DNA of 64,000 bases, taken from positions 96,001 to 160,000 of the forward strand of contig JARVJZ010000004.1 in assembly GCA_029775855.1 (NCBI GenBank). Direction: 5' to 3'. This DNA is from Nitrososphaeria archaeon (lineage in GTDB: Archaea > Thermoproteota > Nitrososphaeria > Nitrososphaerales > JAAOZN01). The notes under the pieces are model-generated. The model worked only from the letters and a program-made list of their open reading frames with translations. It was not told the origin of the DNA and ran no database searches. The translations under genes and the position numbers were made by a program. Below, piece by piece: positions 1 to 10,787 of the stretch; the first letter of the stretch is position 1; every line of letters starts with the position of its first letter.

Positions 1-1
1 A

Positions 2-706
2 ACATCCCCACCAGGTGTCATAGGACAAGCAGGAGGAGGGATCGCTAACGCCATTCAAGGAACACTCATTCTAATAGGGTTATCTTCCCTTATAGGTGTA
101 CCCTTAGGAGTATTAGCTGGAGTTTATCTTGCTGAGTTTGGGGATAATCCATTTGGTAGAGTGATCCGCTTCTTCAACGACGTTTTGATGCAGATGCCAT
201 CGATTGTGATTGGAATATTTGTGTATATTTTGGTTGTGCTTGCTCTAGGTCGGTTTTCTTCTCTTGCTGGCGCGGTAGCTCTATCCATCATAATGCTCCC
301 AATTGTTGTGAAGACAACGGAAGAATCGATTAGGCTTGTCCCCAATCTTATACGTGAAGCTGCGTTGGGACTTGGTCTAAGAAGGTGGAGGGTAACCTTG
401 AGCATAGTAGTTGTGGCTGCGAAAAGTGGAGTGATAACTGGTATCATGCTTGCAGTGGCAAGAATAGCTGGAGAGACTGCGCCACTCATAATGACTGTTC
501 TGGGCAACCAATGGTTCGTTTCAAGCCTATTTGAACCAATAGACGCGATTCCCCTTAGAATATGGCGACTAGCGCTACTTCCCTACGATTACGCGCACCA
601 ACAAGGCTGGGGTGCTGCATTGGTTTTAATAACTATTGTGTTAGTTCTGAATGTGGCTGTGAAGGCTTTAACTAGGACAAAATTTAGTGGTAGGGTGAGA
701 GTTTGA
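2..706 (+). CDS. pstA: Phosphate ABC transporter permease PstA (5'-truncated by the window edge)
   Basis: Frame is open from base 2 (…[15 protein letters not shown]…YLAEF…); EAA loop 'EAALGLG', '[10 protein letters not shown]'; upstream of pstB. Confidence 0.95.
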   Translation, partial: TSPPGVIGQAGGGIANAIQGTLILIGLSSLIGVPLGVLAGVYLAEFGDNPFGRVIRFFNDVLMQMPSIVIGIFVYILVVLALGRFSSLAGAVALSIIMLPIVVKTTEESIRLVPNLIREAALGLGLRRWRVTLSIVVVAAKSGVITGIMLAVARIAGETAPLIMTVLGNQWFVSSLFEPIDAIPLRIWRLALLPYDYAHQQGWGAALVLITIVLVLNVAVKALTRTKFSGRVRV

Positions 707-1521
707 CGCTTAGATTGATAGTTGAAGGTAAGGAGGATAAAAAACCACAACCAACACTTAAACCAGCGTATAAGATTGAGGCAATCGGTTTAAACGCTTG
801 GTTTGGAAGCAACCATGTGCTTAAAGATATAAACCTAAAGATTAAACCGAATACTATAACCGCTGTAATAGGGCCTTCTGGCTGTGGGAAGTCAACACTC
901 ATCAGATGCTTCAATCGAATGCACGAGCTTGTCCCTAATGCCAAAGTTTCAGGCAAAGTCTATCTTGATGGAGAAGATATCTACGCCCCAGGTGTAGATC
1001 CAGTCACCGTTAGAAGGAGAGTTGGCATGGTCTTCCAAAAGCCTAACCCCTTTCCAACGATGTCCGTCTACGACAATGTAGCCGTAGGTCTTAAGCTCGC
1101 TGGAGTTAGAAACAAACAGATTCTCGATAAGATTGTTAAAGAGAGCCTTGAAGCTGCATGGCTATGGGAAGAGGTGAAAGATGATCTTAATAAGTCTGGT
1201 GCGGCTCTCTCTGGCGGGCAGCAGCAAAGGCTCTGTATAGCACGCGCGCTTGCTGTTAAGCCTGAGGTTATACTGATGGATGAGCCTTGCTCTGCTTTAG
1301 ACCCGATAGCTACGGCTAAGATAGAGCAGCTTATGGTCAAGTTGAAGGATGAGTATACTGTTGTTATAGTTACACACAACATGCAGCAAGCTGCGCGTGT
1401 AGCAGATTATACTGCTTTCCTATACCTCGGTAGGCTGATAGAGTACGGAGAGACCGCTCAGATCTTTGAGAACCCGCGTGAGGAGTTGACTGAGAAGTAT
1501 ATAACCGGCAAGTTCGGGTAG
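703..1521 (+). CDS. pstB: Phosphate ABC transporter ATPase PstB
   Basis: [48 protein letters not shown]. Confidence 0.97.
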   Translation: MTLRLIVEGKEDKKPQPTLKPAYKIEAIGLNAWFGSNHVLKDINLKIKPNTITAVIGPSGCGKSTLIRCFNRMHELVPNAKVSGKVYLDGEDIYAPGVDPVTVRRRVGMVFQKPNPFPTMSVYDNVAVGLKLAGVRNKQILDKIVKESLEAAWLWEEVKDDLNKSGAALSGGQQQRLCIARALAVKPEVILMDEPCSALDPIATAKIEQLMVKLKDEYTVVIVTHNMQQAARVADYTAFLYLGRLIEYGETAQIFENPREELTEKYITGKFG

Positions 1522-1530
1522 TGTTTAGAC

Positions 1531-2175
1531 TTGGTTAGACTACTTGACATAGGGTTAGAGCGGCTTAAGAATATGCTGATTGATATGGGTACCTTCTCAG
1601 AGAAGACCGTCACAACAGCCATCGACGCCTACACTCAAGGTAAGAACCTTGTGAATGAGGTATATACAGCTTCGGAGAGACTCAGGATGCTTGAGGAAGA
1701 GGTAAGTGAACTGGCCATAGAACTATTGGCGAGGTATCAACCTGTTGCGTCGGACCTCCGTTTTATAAAGTCTTGCCTCGAGATAGCATACGGCTTCACA
1801 AGATTCGGTAGATATGCTTACGATATAATGCAGGTTAGAAGCGTGTTTGGAGACCTCTCTAAATGTGATACCAAACCCATAGAGGAGGCGGGTAAGCACG
1901 CCAAAGAAATGATTCAACTCAGCATAAAGGCTTTTATAGAACGAGACATAACTATGTCTAAGAAACTCAAGGAGATGGATAGTATAATCGACAACCTATA
2001 CCTTCAGTATGTTAAGAACGCTGCTGAAAAGCGAGACCAAGACATCAGATGCACTATAGCCGCCACACTTATTCTGAGGTATCTAGAGAGGATATCTGAC
2101 CACGCTACATATATTGCAGATTCAGTCGCATACATAAAGTCAGGCACTAAAGCGTCAAGACGGGCTATTGGTTAA
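1531..2175 (+). CDS. phoU: Phosphate uptake regulator PhoU
   Basis: QPVASDLR and LERISDHATYI PhoU repeats; follows pstB. Confidence 0.93.
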   Translation: MVRLLDIGLERLKNMLIDMGTFSEKTVTTAIDAYTQGKNLVNEVYTASERLRMLEEEVSELAIELLARYQPVASDLRFIKSCLEIAYGFTRFGRYAYDIMQVRSVFGDLSKCDTKPIEEAGKHAKEMIQLSIKAFIERDITMSKKLKEMDSIIDNLYLQYVKNAAEKRDQDIRCTIAATLILRYLERISDHATYIADSVAYIKSGTKASRRAIG

Positions 2176-2176
2176 G

Positions 2177-4093
2177 TTAGTCAGCGAGTTTACCGTATGA
2201 GGCTAGATCGTCTGCAACATATTTTAAATCAAGGCGCTCCAAGGTGCTTCTTTTAGGTATTCCCGTTTTTTTATCCCAACCTCTAACCTCATAGTATTCA
2301 TCTAGCATAGGCTCTAACTCCACAATTGAGCCAGCTGATGGACCGCATTCTGGTGGTAATGGCTCTTTAAGGAAGCGTTCTGGTAGAGTATCATCTTTTC
2401 TTGTTATGCCCTCTCTTACGACGAAAGCGCGCTCTATGTTTATGATTCTCTCACCCATTTGTAGAACATCCCTAGGCGACATATCCCAGCCTACTGCAGC
2501 TTTAAGAAGCCTAGAGGCAACTTCTTCTAACTCATAATATCTTGGTGCACCATCTAGCATGGCGGATATGTTCTTACACATAGTTAGTGAGTCAGCTAAG
2601 GCTGCGCATTCCTCATAGTATTTGACTACTCTCCCCTTAGCCTTATACTCCAATCTAAAGGCTGCTTCTTTAGCTCCAAATCTCTTCACAGCCAATTCAG
2701 CATTATTTGAGAATTCAAACATCGGTTCTGCTCTTAGGTGATCAGCACCTCTGCTCGAGACCGCGTAAGTTAATGCGAAGGCTTTCATTCCTCTAGGTTC
2801 TCCCGCTATAATTTCAAGCCCTTTTACTTGAGCTGCGAGCTTGTCTGCACCCTGCCCTACAAATTCGCCGAACTTCTTTGCACCGTAAGCCATCTTCTCA
2901 CCTATTCCCTTTTTATATGCGATCATATCGATTAATGTCAGCACAGCTTCTGCATTACCCCAAGTTAAGTCCAGACCACCTAGCTGCTCTTTGGTAAGAA
3001 GACCTCGCTCATAACACTCCATAGCTAATGCTATCACCTCACCAGTCGTGATAGAGTCCATTCCATATCTGTTCAGTTTATCATTAGCCTTCAAGATGGC
3101 TTCAATATCATCTACACCACATCTCGAACCTATAGAGCCAAGCGTCTCGTATTCTGGGCCTTCACCAGCTAACCCAGCGAACCTTCCACTCTTTATGACG
3201 TAAAATCTGCTACATGGAAGCGGACATGAGCCACAAGCCTTAACCTTAACATTATAGTGGTCGCGTAAGGTTTCTCCGCTTATCTTATCTGCACCTTCAA
3301 ACACACCTGTCTTAAAGTGGTAAGATACTAAGAATCCTAGTTGATTAAGTGGGTTTACAAGCCTGGTGGAGCCCATGGTAGAGCGCCCAACATAGTCTGG
3401 TGAAGAGTAGATCTGCTCTTCGATTTCTTTTACGATCTTATCAAATTCGTCGTAATCAGCAACTTCAACTGGCTTCGTTCCCCTAACTACGATCGCCTTT
3501 AGGTTCTTAGAAGCCATTACTGTACCCATACCCGTCCTTGCAGCGATTCGGACTAAACTCGTGACCACTCCAGCGTATGATACGCCGTTTTCAGCAGCGG
3601 GGCCGATGCAAGCTACCTTAGCATCGCTATCGCCAACTTCCTCCTTCAGTAGCAGATCTGTTTCCCACACATCTTTTCCCCAGAGGTGGGATGCGTCTTT
3701 AATCTCTACAGTGCCGTCAAAGATCTTTAGGTAGATTGGTTTAGGTGCTCGCCCCTTTATTGCAATCTGGTCTAATCCAGCGTATTTGACTTCTGGTCCG
3801 AAGAAGCCTCCTGCGTTTGCATCTCCAAGTATGCCTGTGTGTGGTGACTTTGCTGATACTGTGAATCTGTTTGAACCTGAGCATATAGTTCCTGTTAGTG
3901 GCCCTACGCCTATTATCAGCACGTTTTCTGGGCTTAGTGGGTTTACATTAGGGTTTACTTCTTCAAAGAGCGTAGCTGAGTTAAGTCCTCTCCCGCCTAG
4001 GAACATTTTGAGCTGTGCTTCACTTATATCCTCTAAACAATAGTCTCCTCTAGATAGATCTACCCTTAGCCTCCTACCAGCATATGCCTTCAA
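2177..4093 (-). CDS. aor: Tungsten/molybdenum aldehyde:ferredoxin oxidoreductase family protein
   Basis: YAGRRLRVDLS, KSPHTG, ARTGMGTVMASKNLKAI, CxxCxxxC, GPEYET, DDTLPERF. Start placed at the TTG at 4093 (the ORF track extends to 4117). Confidence 0.93.
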   Translation of the reverse strand: MKAYAGRRLRVDLSRGDYCLEDISEAQLKMFLGGRGLNSATLFEEVNPNVNPLSPENVLIIGVGPLTGTICSGSNRFTVSAKSPHTGILGDANAGGFFGPEVKYAGLDQIAIKGRAPKPIYLKIFDGTVEIKDASHLWGKDVWETDLLLKEEVGDSDAKVACIGPAAENGVSYAGVVTSLVRIAARTGMGTVMASKNLKAIVVRGTKPVEVADYDEFDKIVKEIEEQIYSSPDYVGRSTMGSTRLVNPLNQLGFLVSYHFKTGVFEGADKISGETLRDHYNVKVKACGSCPLPCSRFYVIKSGRFAGLAGEGPEYETLGSIGSRCGVDDIEAILKANDKLNRYGMDSITTGEVIALAMECYERGLLTKEQLGGLDLTWGNAEAVLTLIDMIAYKKGIGEKMAYGAKKFGEFVGQGADKLAAQVKGLEIIAGEPRGMKAFALTYAVSSRGADHLRAEPMFEFSNNAELAVKRFGAKEAAFRLEYKAKGRVVKYYEECAALADSLTMCKNISAMLDGAPRYYELEEVASRLLKAAVGWDMSPRDVLQMGERIINIERAFVVREGITRKDDTLPERFLKEPLPPECGPSAGSIVELEPMLDEYYEVRGWDKKTGIPKRSTLERLDLKYVADDLASYGKLAD

Positions 4094-4103
4094 GAATAAT
4101 CGC

Positions 4104-4598
4104 CTACTTCTTGACACCCCAGCTTCTTAAGATAGAGCGTGAAGCCGCTTCAGCTGACTGAGTTGATTTGGTTTTCGCTGCCTCCGTCAGAGTTATGTAT
4201 CTGATAGCCTCAGTTGGGCATCTAGCCACACAAGCAGGGTTGCCGGAGCAGAGATCACAGACAATTGGAAGCCTAGTCCTAGGGTGAAGCACAATAGCTC
4301 CAAATGGGCAAGCTTCTACACAAGCCCCACACATTATACATATCTCGGACTTTAGAAGCACAATATCAGAGCCTTGTGTGCGAAAGAGTGCACCGACTGG
4401 GCAAGCCTCGATGCAAGCTGCTTTACCGCAGAATCTGCAGACCGAAGGGTAATCTAACCCTATGGGTTCAACCTTGACTACCTTTATTCTTGATATGGCT
4501 GGGTCGAAGACTTGTTCGTGGGCTGCGCTACAAGCTACTTCACAGAGTCTACAGCCAGTGCACTTTCTTGGGTCTGCTACTATCCTTCCCTTCTCCAA
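4104..4598 (-). CDS. Multi-[4Fe-4S] ferredoxin-like electron-transfer subunit (HycB/DmsB-like) of the AOR
   Basis: Four CxxCxxC…CP clusters; directly upstream of aor. Confidence 0.9.
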   Translation of the reverse strand: MEKGRIVADPRKCTGCRLCEVACSAAHEQVFDPAISRIKVVKVEPIGLDYPSVCRFCGKAACIEACPVGALFRTQGSDIVLLKSEICIMCGACVEACPFGAIVLHPRTRLPIVCDLCSGNPACVARCPTEAIRYITLTEAAKTKSTQSAEAASRSILRSWGVKK

Positions 4599-4605
4599 AA
4601 TTACA

Positions 4606-5613
4606 TTACTTCTCCATTTCTCTAAAGTATGGGATTACATACTTACCGAGTAGCTTGACTGATTCTTCTGGGTCTGGCCCTAGGGGTGCACCTATTGAGA
4701 TGTGTTGTAGCCCCTTCTTCTGAAGCATCTCGATCTTTGCTATGCAGTCGTCTGGTGTTCCTCTTATGGCTAGATTAAGCATCTTATCAGTAACGAGTTT
4801 AGCTGCTGCATCTAAGCCTTCTTTACGCCAGACTTCTTGAATTGGTTCAAAGTCCTTGTGGCTTAGCCCTATAGTCGATAGACCTAGTTCTCCGAGCATG
4901 GGTCCGAAGTATGCGACTAGCTTGCGGAGAGGCTCTTCAGCTACTTCGCCCTTCTTTGATATGGAGAGCCATACACATCCTGCAACATCGACCTCTGAGA
5001 AGTCTCGCCCGACTTCTCTTGCACCAGCCTTCATACGCTCCATCGCTATATCTATGAATTCTGGTGGATATAATATGGGTAGGACGCCATCACCATATGC
5101 TCCACTATAAGCTAGTAGCTTTTCTCCTTGACCACCTATGTATATTGGTATCTTCTTCTTATATTGGTCGAAGCGCATATAGCATTCTGAGCTCCACTTG
5201 ATCTCCTTACCGTTATATGCAGCGTTTTCTCCAGCCCAAAGTTTTCTTAGAACCTCAACAGTCTCCTTAACTCTGGTTAATGGTCGCTCGTGTTCTATTC
5301 CAAGCCATCTAAGGTATTCTAAGGCGCCAGCGCTTAGCCCGCAGAGTGCTCTTCCCTTCGTGTATTCGTCGAGCGCGGAGAGATACATGGCTATTTCAGC
5401 TGGGTTGGTTGTGTATGGGTTTAGTATCGTGTTGCCTAGGTAGACTTTCTTCGTCTGCGCACCTATTATGGTCAGAGTGACCATAGAGCTTCTCATGAAG
5501 ATGTCGTGGCTCACCCAGACCGAGTCAAAACCATTCTTCTCAGCTAATACGCCTAGCCGAACCATATTCTCGACGCTGCCGAACCAATCACACATTCTTA
5601 AGCCGAACTTCAA
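4606..5613 (-). CDS. LLM-class, probably F420-dependent, oxidoreductase (Mer-like)
   Basis: AEKNGFDSVWVSH, NPYTTNPA, IPIYIGGQG, GAPLGPD. Confidence 0.85.
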   Translation of the reverse strand: MKFGLRMCDWFGSVENMVRLGVLAEKNGFDSVWVSHDIFMRSSMVTLTIIGAQTKKVYLGNTILNPYTTNPAEIAMYLSALDEYTKGRALCGLSAGALEYLRWLGIEHERPLTRVKETVEVLRKLWAGENAAYNGKEIKWSSECYMRFDQYKKKIPIYIGGQGEKLLAYSGAYGDGVLPILYPPEFIDIAMERMKAGAREVGRDFSEVDVAGCVWLSISKKGEVAEEPLRKLVAYFGPMLGELGLSTIGLSHKDFEPIQEVWRKEGLDAAAKLVTDKMLNLAIRGTPDDCIAKIEMLQKKGLQHISIGAPLGPDPEESVKLLGKYVIPYFREMEK

Positions 5614-5703
5614 CCCTTATCCCTAACCTTATTTTTCACAACACTATTCTTAAATCTTATTATATTAAATATTTAGAAGCTGAAGATGGATGTAGAATCT
5701 TTA

Positions 5704-6432
5704 TTATTGGTTTTTCTTAACTACACCTAAGTAAATTCTAATAATTTCTTCGTTATTTAAGATATCGTTAGGCTTTCCCTCGTATGCAACCCTACCTTCA
5801 ACCAAAACCAAGCCTCTATCAGATATCGTAAGCGCCTTCCTAGCGTTTTGCTCAACTATCATAATAGTCACACCTAATTTCCTTATCTCAAGAATCTTGC
5901 TGAAGAGCTGATCCGCTAACTTAGGCGCTAGAGCAGCAGTAGGCTCGTCCAAAAGTAGAAGCCTAGGTTTAGCTATTAACGCTCTTGCCAAGGCTAGCAT
6001 CTGGCGCTCACCACCACTTAGAGAGCCCGCTTTCTGCCTTCTTCTCTCCTCAAGTATGGGAAAGATGTTGTAGATTTCAGCCAAGTTGACCTTTATCTCC
6101 TCTTTGCTTTCTAAAGGAACAGCGCCCATTTCAAGGTTCTCTTCAACGGTTAGCGCTGAAAAGACGTTGTTGATCTGCGGCACATATCCTATCCCTAATC
6201 TGGTAACGAGATCCGCTCTTGTCCTCGTTATATCTTTGCCCTCAAACATCACTTGCCCATCGAATATCGTTGTGAGGCCATAGATGGATTTGATGAAGGT
6301 GCTTTTACCGCTTCCGTTAGGTCCGATTATGGCAACGATCTCTCCTTTTCTCACCGATGTTGATATACCGTGCACTACTATCAGCTTGCCATACCCTGAA
6401 ACAAGGTTGCTTGTTTCTAATATTGTGCTCAA
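5704..6432 (-). CDS. livF: Branched-chain amino acid-type ABC ATPase LivF
   Basis: GPNGSGKST, LSGGERQMLA, VEQNARKAL. Confidence 0.92.
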   Translation of the reverse strand: MSTILETSNLVSGYGKLIVVHGISTSVRKGEIVAIIGPNGSGKSTFIKSIYGLTTIFDGQVMFEGKDITRTRADLVTRLGIGYVPQINNVFSALTVEENLEMGAVPLESKEEIKVNLAEIYNIFPILEERRRQKAGSLSGGERQMLALARALIAKPRLLLLDEPTAALAPKLADQLFSKILEIRKLGVTIMIVEQNARKALTISDRGLVLVEGRVAYEGKPNDILNNEEIIRIYLGVVKKNQ

Positions 6433-6435
6433 CGT

Positions 6436-7209
6436 TCAACCACCGAGGTATACTTCGGCGACAACTTTGTTTTCAAGTATCTCTTCAGGCTTACCTTCTG
6501 CTAGAACCTTACCTCTATGCATCACATAAACATATTCAACGTAGTCGAAAAGGACTTCGAGCCTATGCTCTATTATAAATAAAGTTAGGTTAAACTCCTC
6601 TCTTAACGCTAACAGCCTCTCGAAGATATCTCTTGCAAGTTTAGGTGCGACACCAGCTGTAGGCTCATCTAGAAGAAGCATCTTCGGGTCAGCCATAAGT
6701 GTTCGACCCATCTCAAGAAGCTTCATCTGCCCACCAGAAATCTCAGCGGATAGTGTCTTATGTAAACCTTTTAGAAGCAGTCGACTGAGCAGATCTGAAG
6801 ATTTTTTAGCTAAACTGATCTCTTGAGCCCGCCAGCGTGAATGAATAGGCGCGTTCAATGGGTTCTCACCTATCTGACCCTTAGGTGGAACAAGTAAGTT
6901 ATCTAACACAGTCATGCCGAGAAAGAGCCTTGGATCTTGAAAACTCTTTACCAACCCCAGTGAAAAGATCTTATGCGGCGGAAGGTTGTCGATGCGTATA
7001 CCTCTAAACCAAATCTTACCCTCATCGGCTCTATCTAGACCAGAGATCACGTTGAAGAGTGTCGACTTGCCGCTTCCATTTGGCCCGATTAGTCCAGTTA
7101 CTGTTCCCTCTTTTATTGAGAGTGTGACGCCGTCTACTGCTCTTAAGCTCTCATAGCATTTTACTACCCCTTCTAACTTAAGTATTTCACTCAACTTTAA
7201 CCACCTCAT
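6436..7209 (-). CDS. livG: Branched-chain amino acid-type ABC ATPase LivG
   Basis: GPNGSGKST, ISGGQMKLLE, DEPTAGV, IIEH. Confidence 0.92.
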   Translation of the reverse strand: MRWLKLSEILKLEGVVKCYESLRAVDGVTLSIKEGTVTGLIGPNGSGKSTLFNVISGLDRADEGKIWFRGIRIDNLPPHKIFSLGLVKSFQDPRLFLGMTVLDNLLVPPKGQIGENPLNAPIHSRWRAQEISLAKKSSDLLSRLLLKGLHKTLSAEISGGQMKLLEMGRTLMADPKMLLLDEPTAGVAPKLARDIFERLLALREEFNLTLFIIEHRLEVLFDYVEYVYVMHRGKVLAEGKPEEILENKVVAEVYLGG

Positions 7210-8218
7210 ATGCTGGCGTCTTCACGGGCTTCTCAGGAAGGATCCCTTTTTGCCTAAACATCAATATGGCGAGCATCAGTATGCCAACAATTATGTAGCG
7301 CAGATAGTTTAATTCCGCTATACCACCGAAGGTTTGGAGCTGTATTGCAAGTATCTGTGTGCCTCTGTCTATGGCTGTCATTATTGCCGCACCTAATAGC
7401 ACCCCTCTATTATTGGCTATACCGCCTAAAACGACCATAACCCAAACATCAAAAGTTCTTATAGGGATAAAGTCATCAGGATTCACATAGCCACTGTAGT
7501 AAGCATATAAAACACCAGCCAACCCAGCCAAAGCTGAGCCTAAGATAAGCACTTGCCCACGCACCTTCACAAGGTCTTTACCTAGACTCGTTGCAGCAAT
7601 CTGGTCGTCACGCATCGACTTAAGCAGCCTACCAAAAGGGGAGTTAACTAGCTTGTTGATGTAGATATAGACTCCTAAAGCAATCACAAGTATCAAAACC
7701 ATATATGCTAAGGAGACTTGATCAGCATCACCAAGCCATCTAAAAGGATTTGGGATTAACACTCCGTTGTAGCCATTAACGATAGGAGGGTAGCTTCTTA
7801 CAACAACCCGAAGTATTTCACCAGTAACCAACAGAACCATAGCTAAGAACCACTCCTCCCTAATCCTAATAGCCGGATAAGAGACAAGGTAGCCAAAAGC
7901 CCCCGAGATCAAAGCAGCTAATAAAAGCGCAATCAGAAATGTCAATAGGGCAGCATAAGGATTACTTTGTGTTATAGCAACCCTCTGCATCGTCCCCTCT
8001 GGGCTGAAAGGATCAAGTGGTGCTATACCTGCGATAAGAGGCATAAGGCGTGAAGCCACAACACCGGCTACAAAGGCGCCAGTCGCGTAAAAGGCAACCT
8101 TACCGAAGTTAGGCTGACCACCAAAACCGTATTCAAGATTAAGGCTAAGCGAGAGTATAGAGAAGATGCCAAAATAGCTTAAGAACGACACAGCAGCAGA
8201 GAATATCGGATCAGGCAA
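7187..8218 (-). CDS. livM: Liv-type ABC permease LivM
   Basis: LSLNLEYGFGGQPNFG, SPFGRLLKSMRDD, hydrophobic helices. Confidence 0.9.
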   Translation of the reverse strand: MPDPIFSAAVSFLSYFGIFSILSLSLNLEYGFGGQPNFGKVAFYATGAFVAGVVASRLMPLIAGIAPLDPFSPEGTMQRVAITQSNPYAALLTFLIALLLAALISGAFGYLVSYPAIRIREEWFLAMVLLVTGEILRVVVRSYPPIVNGYNGVLIPNPFRWLGDADQVSLAYMVLILVIALGVYIYINKLVNSPFGRLLKSMRDDQIAATSLGKDLVKVRGQVLILGSALAGLAGVLYAYYSGYVNPDDFIPIRTFDVWVMVVLGGIANNRGVLLGAAIMTAIDRGTQILAIQLQTFGGIAELNYLRYIIVGILMLAILMFRQKGILPEKPVKTPAYEVVKVE

Positions 8219-8222
8219 CGCA

Positions 8223-9158
8223 TCAAACCTCCACTCTACTAGGAACTCTAGAAACTATTCTTGTTTTAGATAGAAGCCCTACAAGCCCCTTCGGTCTCAC
8301 CAGCAGCACCAATATGATTATTGCAAAAGGTATTACAGGTTTATAGGTGAACTCGACACCAAAGCTTCTATTCAAAACATCCATAACAAGGTTCTCAGAC
8401 AACCCGACTATGAAGCCTCCAGCTATGGTGCCTGAAAAACTGGTTAATCCGCCGAGAACCACAGCAGCGAAGACCGATAAGAGCGCGAACCAGCCAACAT
8501 AGGGGCTTGCGTAATATAAGATAGCCCAAAGCGCACCAGCAACACCAGCCAACCCACCGGCCAAAAGCCAAGATATGTCTTGAATCTTACCAACATTAAT
8601 ACCAGTAATCTGAGCCAAAGTGATATTATTAGCTACTGAACGCATCATCTTACCAATCTTCGTTCTACTCAAAAGTAGATGTAGGAGAAGAACAAGAATA
8701 AACGCAGTGGGCAAAGACCAGAGGAAAACATTAAGAATCACTGTTGTGCCGATTAGTCCAACAACTTGCTGAGGTATCAGAGGACGCACCTGCAGATACC
8801 CTGTAGGACTAGCCCAAAGCAATATAATGTATCGTAGAACTAAACCTAGGGCAAAAGAAGCCAAAACAAGCGTATACATCGTAGCACCCCGATTAGAGAG
8901 AGGTCTATACACTACACGATGGCAACTAAACGCTACTAAAGCTGTTATAACAAAGGCTAAGATCAACGCAAAAGATATGTCGCTGCTAATTAAGCTTGAC
9001 AAAACAGCCACATAAGCACCTATAGTTATGAGCTCAGCATGCGCAAAGTTAGGCAGCCTAACAACACCAAGAGTAAGAGTTAAACCGAGTGCCATAAGGG
9101 TATATATGCTTCCTATTAAGATTGAACGAAGCACGGAGCCAAGTAGCCAGTCGAACAA
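8223..9158 (-). CDS. livH: Liv-type ABC permease LivH
   Basis: ALGLTLT…PNFAHAE, TKIGKMMRSVA, VRPKGL. Confidence 0.9.
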   Translation of the reverse strand: MFDWLLGSVLRSILIGSIYTLMALGLTLTLGVVRLPNFAHAELITIGAYVAVLSSLISSDISFALILAFVITALVAFSCHRVVYRPLSNRGATMYTLVLASFALGLVLRYIILLWASPTGYLQVRPLIPQQVVGLIGTTVILNVFLWSLPTAFILVLLLHLLLSRTKIGKMMRSVANNITLAQITGINVGKIQDISWLLAGGLAGVAGALWAILYYASPYVGWFALLSVFAAVVLGGLTSFSGTIAGGFIVGLSENLVMDVLNRSFGVEFTYKPVIPFAIIILVLLVRPKGLVGLLSKTRIVSRVPSRVEV

Positions 9159-9284
9159 CGGATACCAACAGCCTTCTAGTGCGTTGTATATTTTAATATT
9201 GCTTAGAGCTCTCTCATAGAGAATTCATAATTTATATAGATAAAGATATATGCGACTTAACACACACTCATGAAGTGAAGAGTT

Positions 9285-10784
9285 ATGGTGAACAAAAAAA
9301 GATCTGGAGTAAGCACGGGTGTTGCAGCTGGACTTGCGGTGGTTCTTCTCATTATAGGCGTCGTGGGAGGATACTTCGCAGGCTCAGCTGTTCCACCAGT
9401 AACGAGCACCGTAACATCTATAAGAACCTCAACAGTCACTCAACCCACTACAGTCGTATCTACAACAACTGTAGCAGCCGGCACAGTCACTACAACAGTC
9501 ACCGCGGGCACAGCAACAACCACCGTCACACAACCCACAACCATCACACACACTGCAACCGCAACAGTGACAACAACCGCAACAGCAACACAACCACCAA
9601 CTACAATCACAACAACAGTAACAGCACCAGCTGCAGCGAGAACCTATGTAATAGGTGTACCATTACCTTTCAGCGGCCCGCTAGCGAGCTATGGGAAATC
9701 ATTTGCAGACGCTATAGCGATGGCAGTAGATGAGATCAACGCAATGCTGCAGAGTGCAGGCTCAGCTACAAGATTTGAGGTAGCGACAGCAGACACGGAA
9801 ACAACAGCAGCTGGCGCGTTAAAGGCGATGCAGAACCTCTATCAGACAAAAGCTATACAGGTATCTGTAGGTCCTCTTACTACAAGTGAAGTAATGGGTG
9901 TCAAGCAGTTTGTCGACCAAAACAAGATTGTTGTAATAGCGCCAGCGTCAACAGGCCTTGCGGCAGCAATACCTGATGACTACATCTTTAGAGTCGTAGA
10001 TCCTCCTGACAACTTCCAAGGCGCAGCGCTAGCGCAATATGTCAAGTCAAGAGGTATAACAAATGTTATAGTAGCCTACCGAGATGACACATTTGGACAA
10101 GGGATGTGGAACATATTTACAAAGCGCTTCACAGCTTTAGGCGGCAAGACAACACCCCTTAAATTCGCACCAGACCAACCCGACTACTCGAGTGAAGTGG
10201 CCAAGCTAACAACACTCGTAGCAGAAGCTAAAGCCTCAGGCCCTACGGGTGTTTTATGGGTCGCATGGGAAGGCGAAGCCCTTAAATGGTTACCTCTACT
10301 ACAAGGCAACCCTGTTCTAAGTTCGGTAGAATGGTTCGGAATCGACAACTTAAAGTCACCCAACCTACTACCACCAAAGGTTTCAAATGAGATAGGTGAC
10401 TTCCTTGTGAAGACGAAGTTTACCGTCACATCATTCTATACACCTGGAAACCCACTAACACCATCCTTCAAAGAAAACTTCGTCAAGAAGTATGGCAGAG
10501 AACCTCTACCTTACTCTGATGGAGCATATGACGCAGCATACATAGCAGCTTGGTCCATATTGATTGCAGGTAAATACGACGGAGAGGCGATAAAGAAGGT
10601 GGTCCCAACTGTAGCAAGCCGCTTCATAGGAGTTACCGTTCAGACATACTTAGATGAGAACGGTGATCAGGCTATCGCCTACTTTGGACTATATAGGCCA
10701 GAGGTTGTTCAAGGAGCCTATTCCTGGGTGGGTGTGGGTTACTACGACGGCTCAACCGATAAGGTGGTAATCGAAAAGCCTTAG
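9285..10784 (+). CDS. Liv-type ABC substrate-binding protein with class III-like signal peptide and Thr-rich linker
   Basis: KKRSG/VS followed by a hydrophobic stretch; about 75-aa Thr-rich tether; periplasmic binding protein type 1 fold motifs (PFSGPLASYG, DDYIFRV, YDAAY). Confidence 0.9.
   Translation: MVNKKRSGVSTGVAAGLAVVLLIIGVVGGYFAGSAVPPVTSTVTSIRTSTVTQPTTVVSTTTVAAGTVTTTVTAGTATTTVTQPTTITHTATATVTTTATATQPPTTITTTVTAPAAARTYVIGVPLPFSGPLASYGKSFADAIAMAVDEINAMLQSAGSATRFEVATADTETTAAGALKAMQNLYQTKAIQVSVGPLTTSEVMGVKQFVDQNKIVVIAPASTGLAAAIPDDYIFRVVDPPDNFQGAALAQYVKSRGITNVIVAYRDDTFGQGMWNIFTKRFTALGGKTTPLKFAPDQPDYSSEVAKLTTLVAEAKASGPTGVLWVAWEGEALKWLPLLQGNPVLSSVEWFGIDNLKSPNLLPPKVSNEIGDFLVKTKFTVTSFYTPGNPLTPSFKENFVKKYGREPLPYSDGAYDAAYIAAWSILIAGKYDGEAIKKVVPTVASRFIGVTVQTYLDENGDQAIAYFGLYRPEVVQGAYSWVGVGYYDGSTDKVVIEKP
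9400..9625 (+). repeat. Low-complexity ACA/ACC-rich Thr linker coding sequence
   Basis: Repeated TVT/TQPTT units. Confidence 0.8.
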
Positions 10785-10787
10785 TTA

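Noticed and set aside
4088-4117. SRRLFLK twin-arginine motif at the tracked AOR N-terminus
   Set aside because: No hydrophobic h-region follows and the catalytic fold starts immediately. The likely start is the TTG at 4093.
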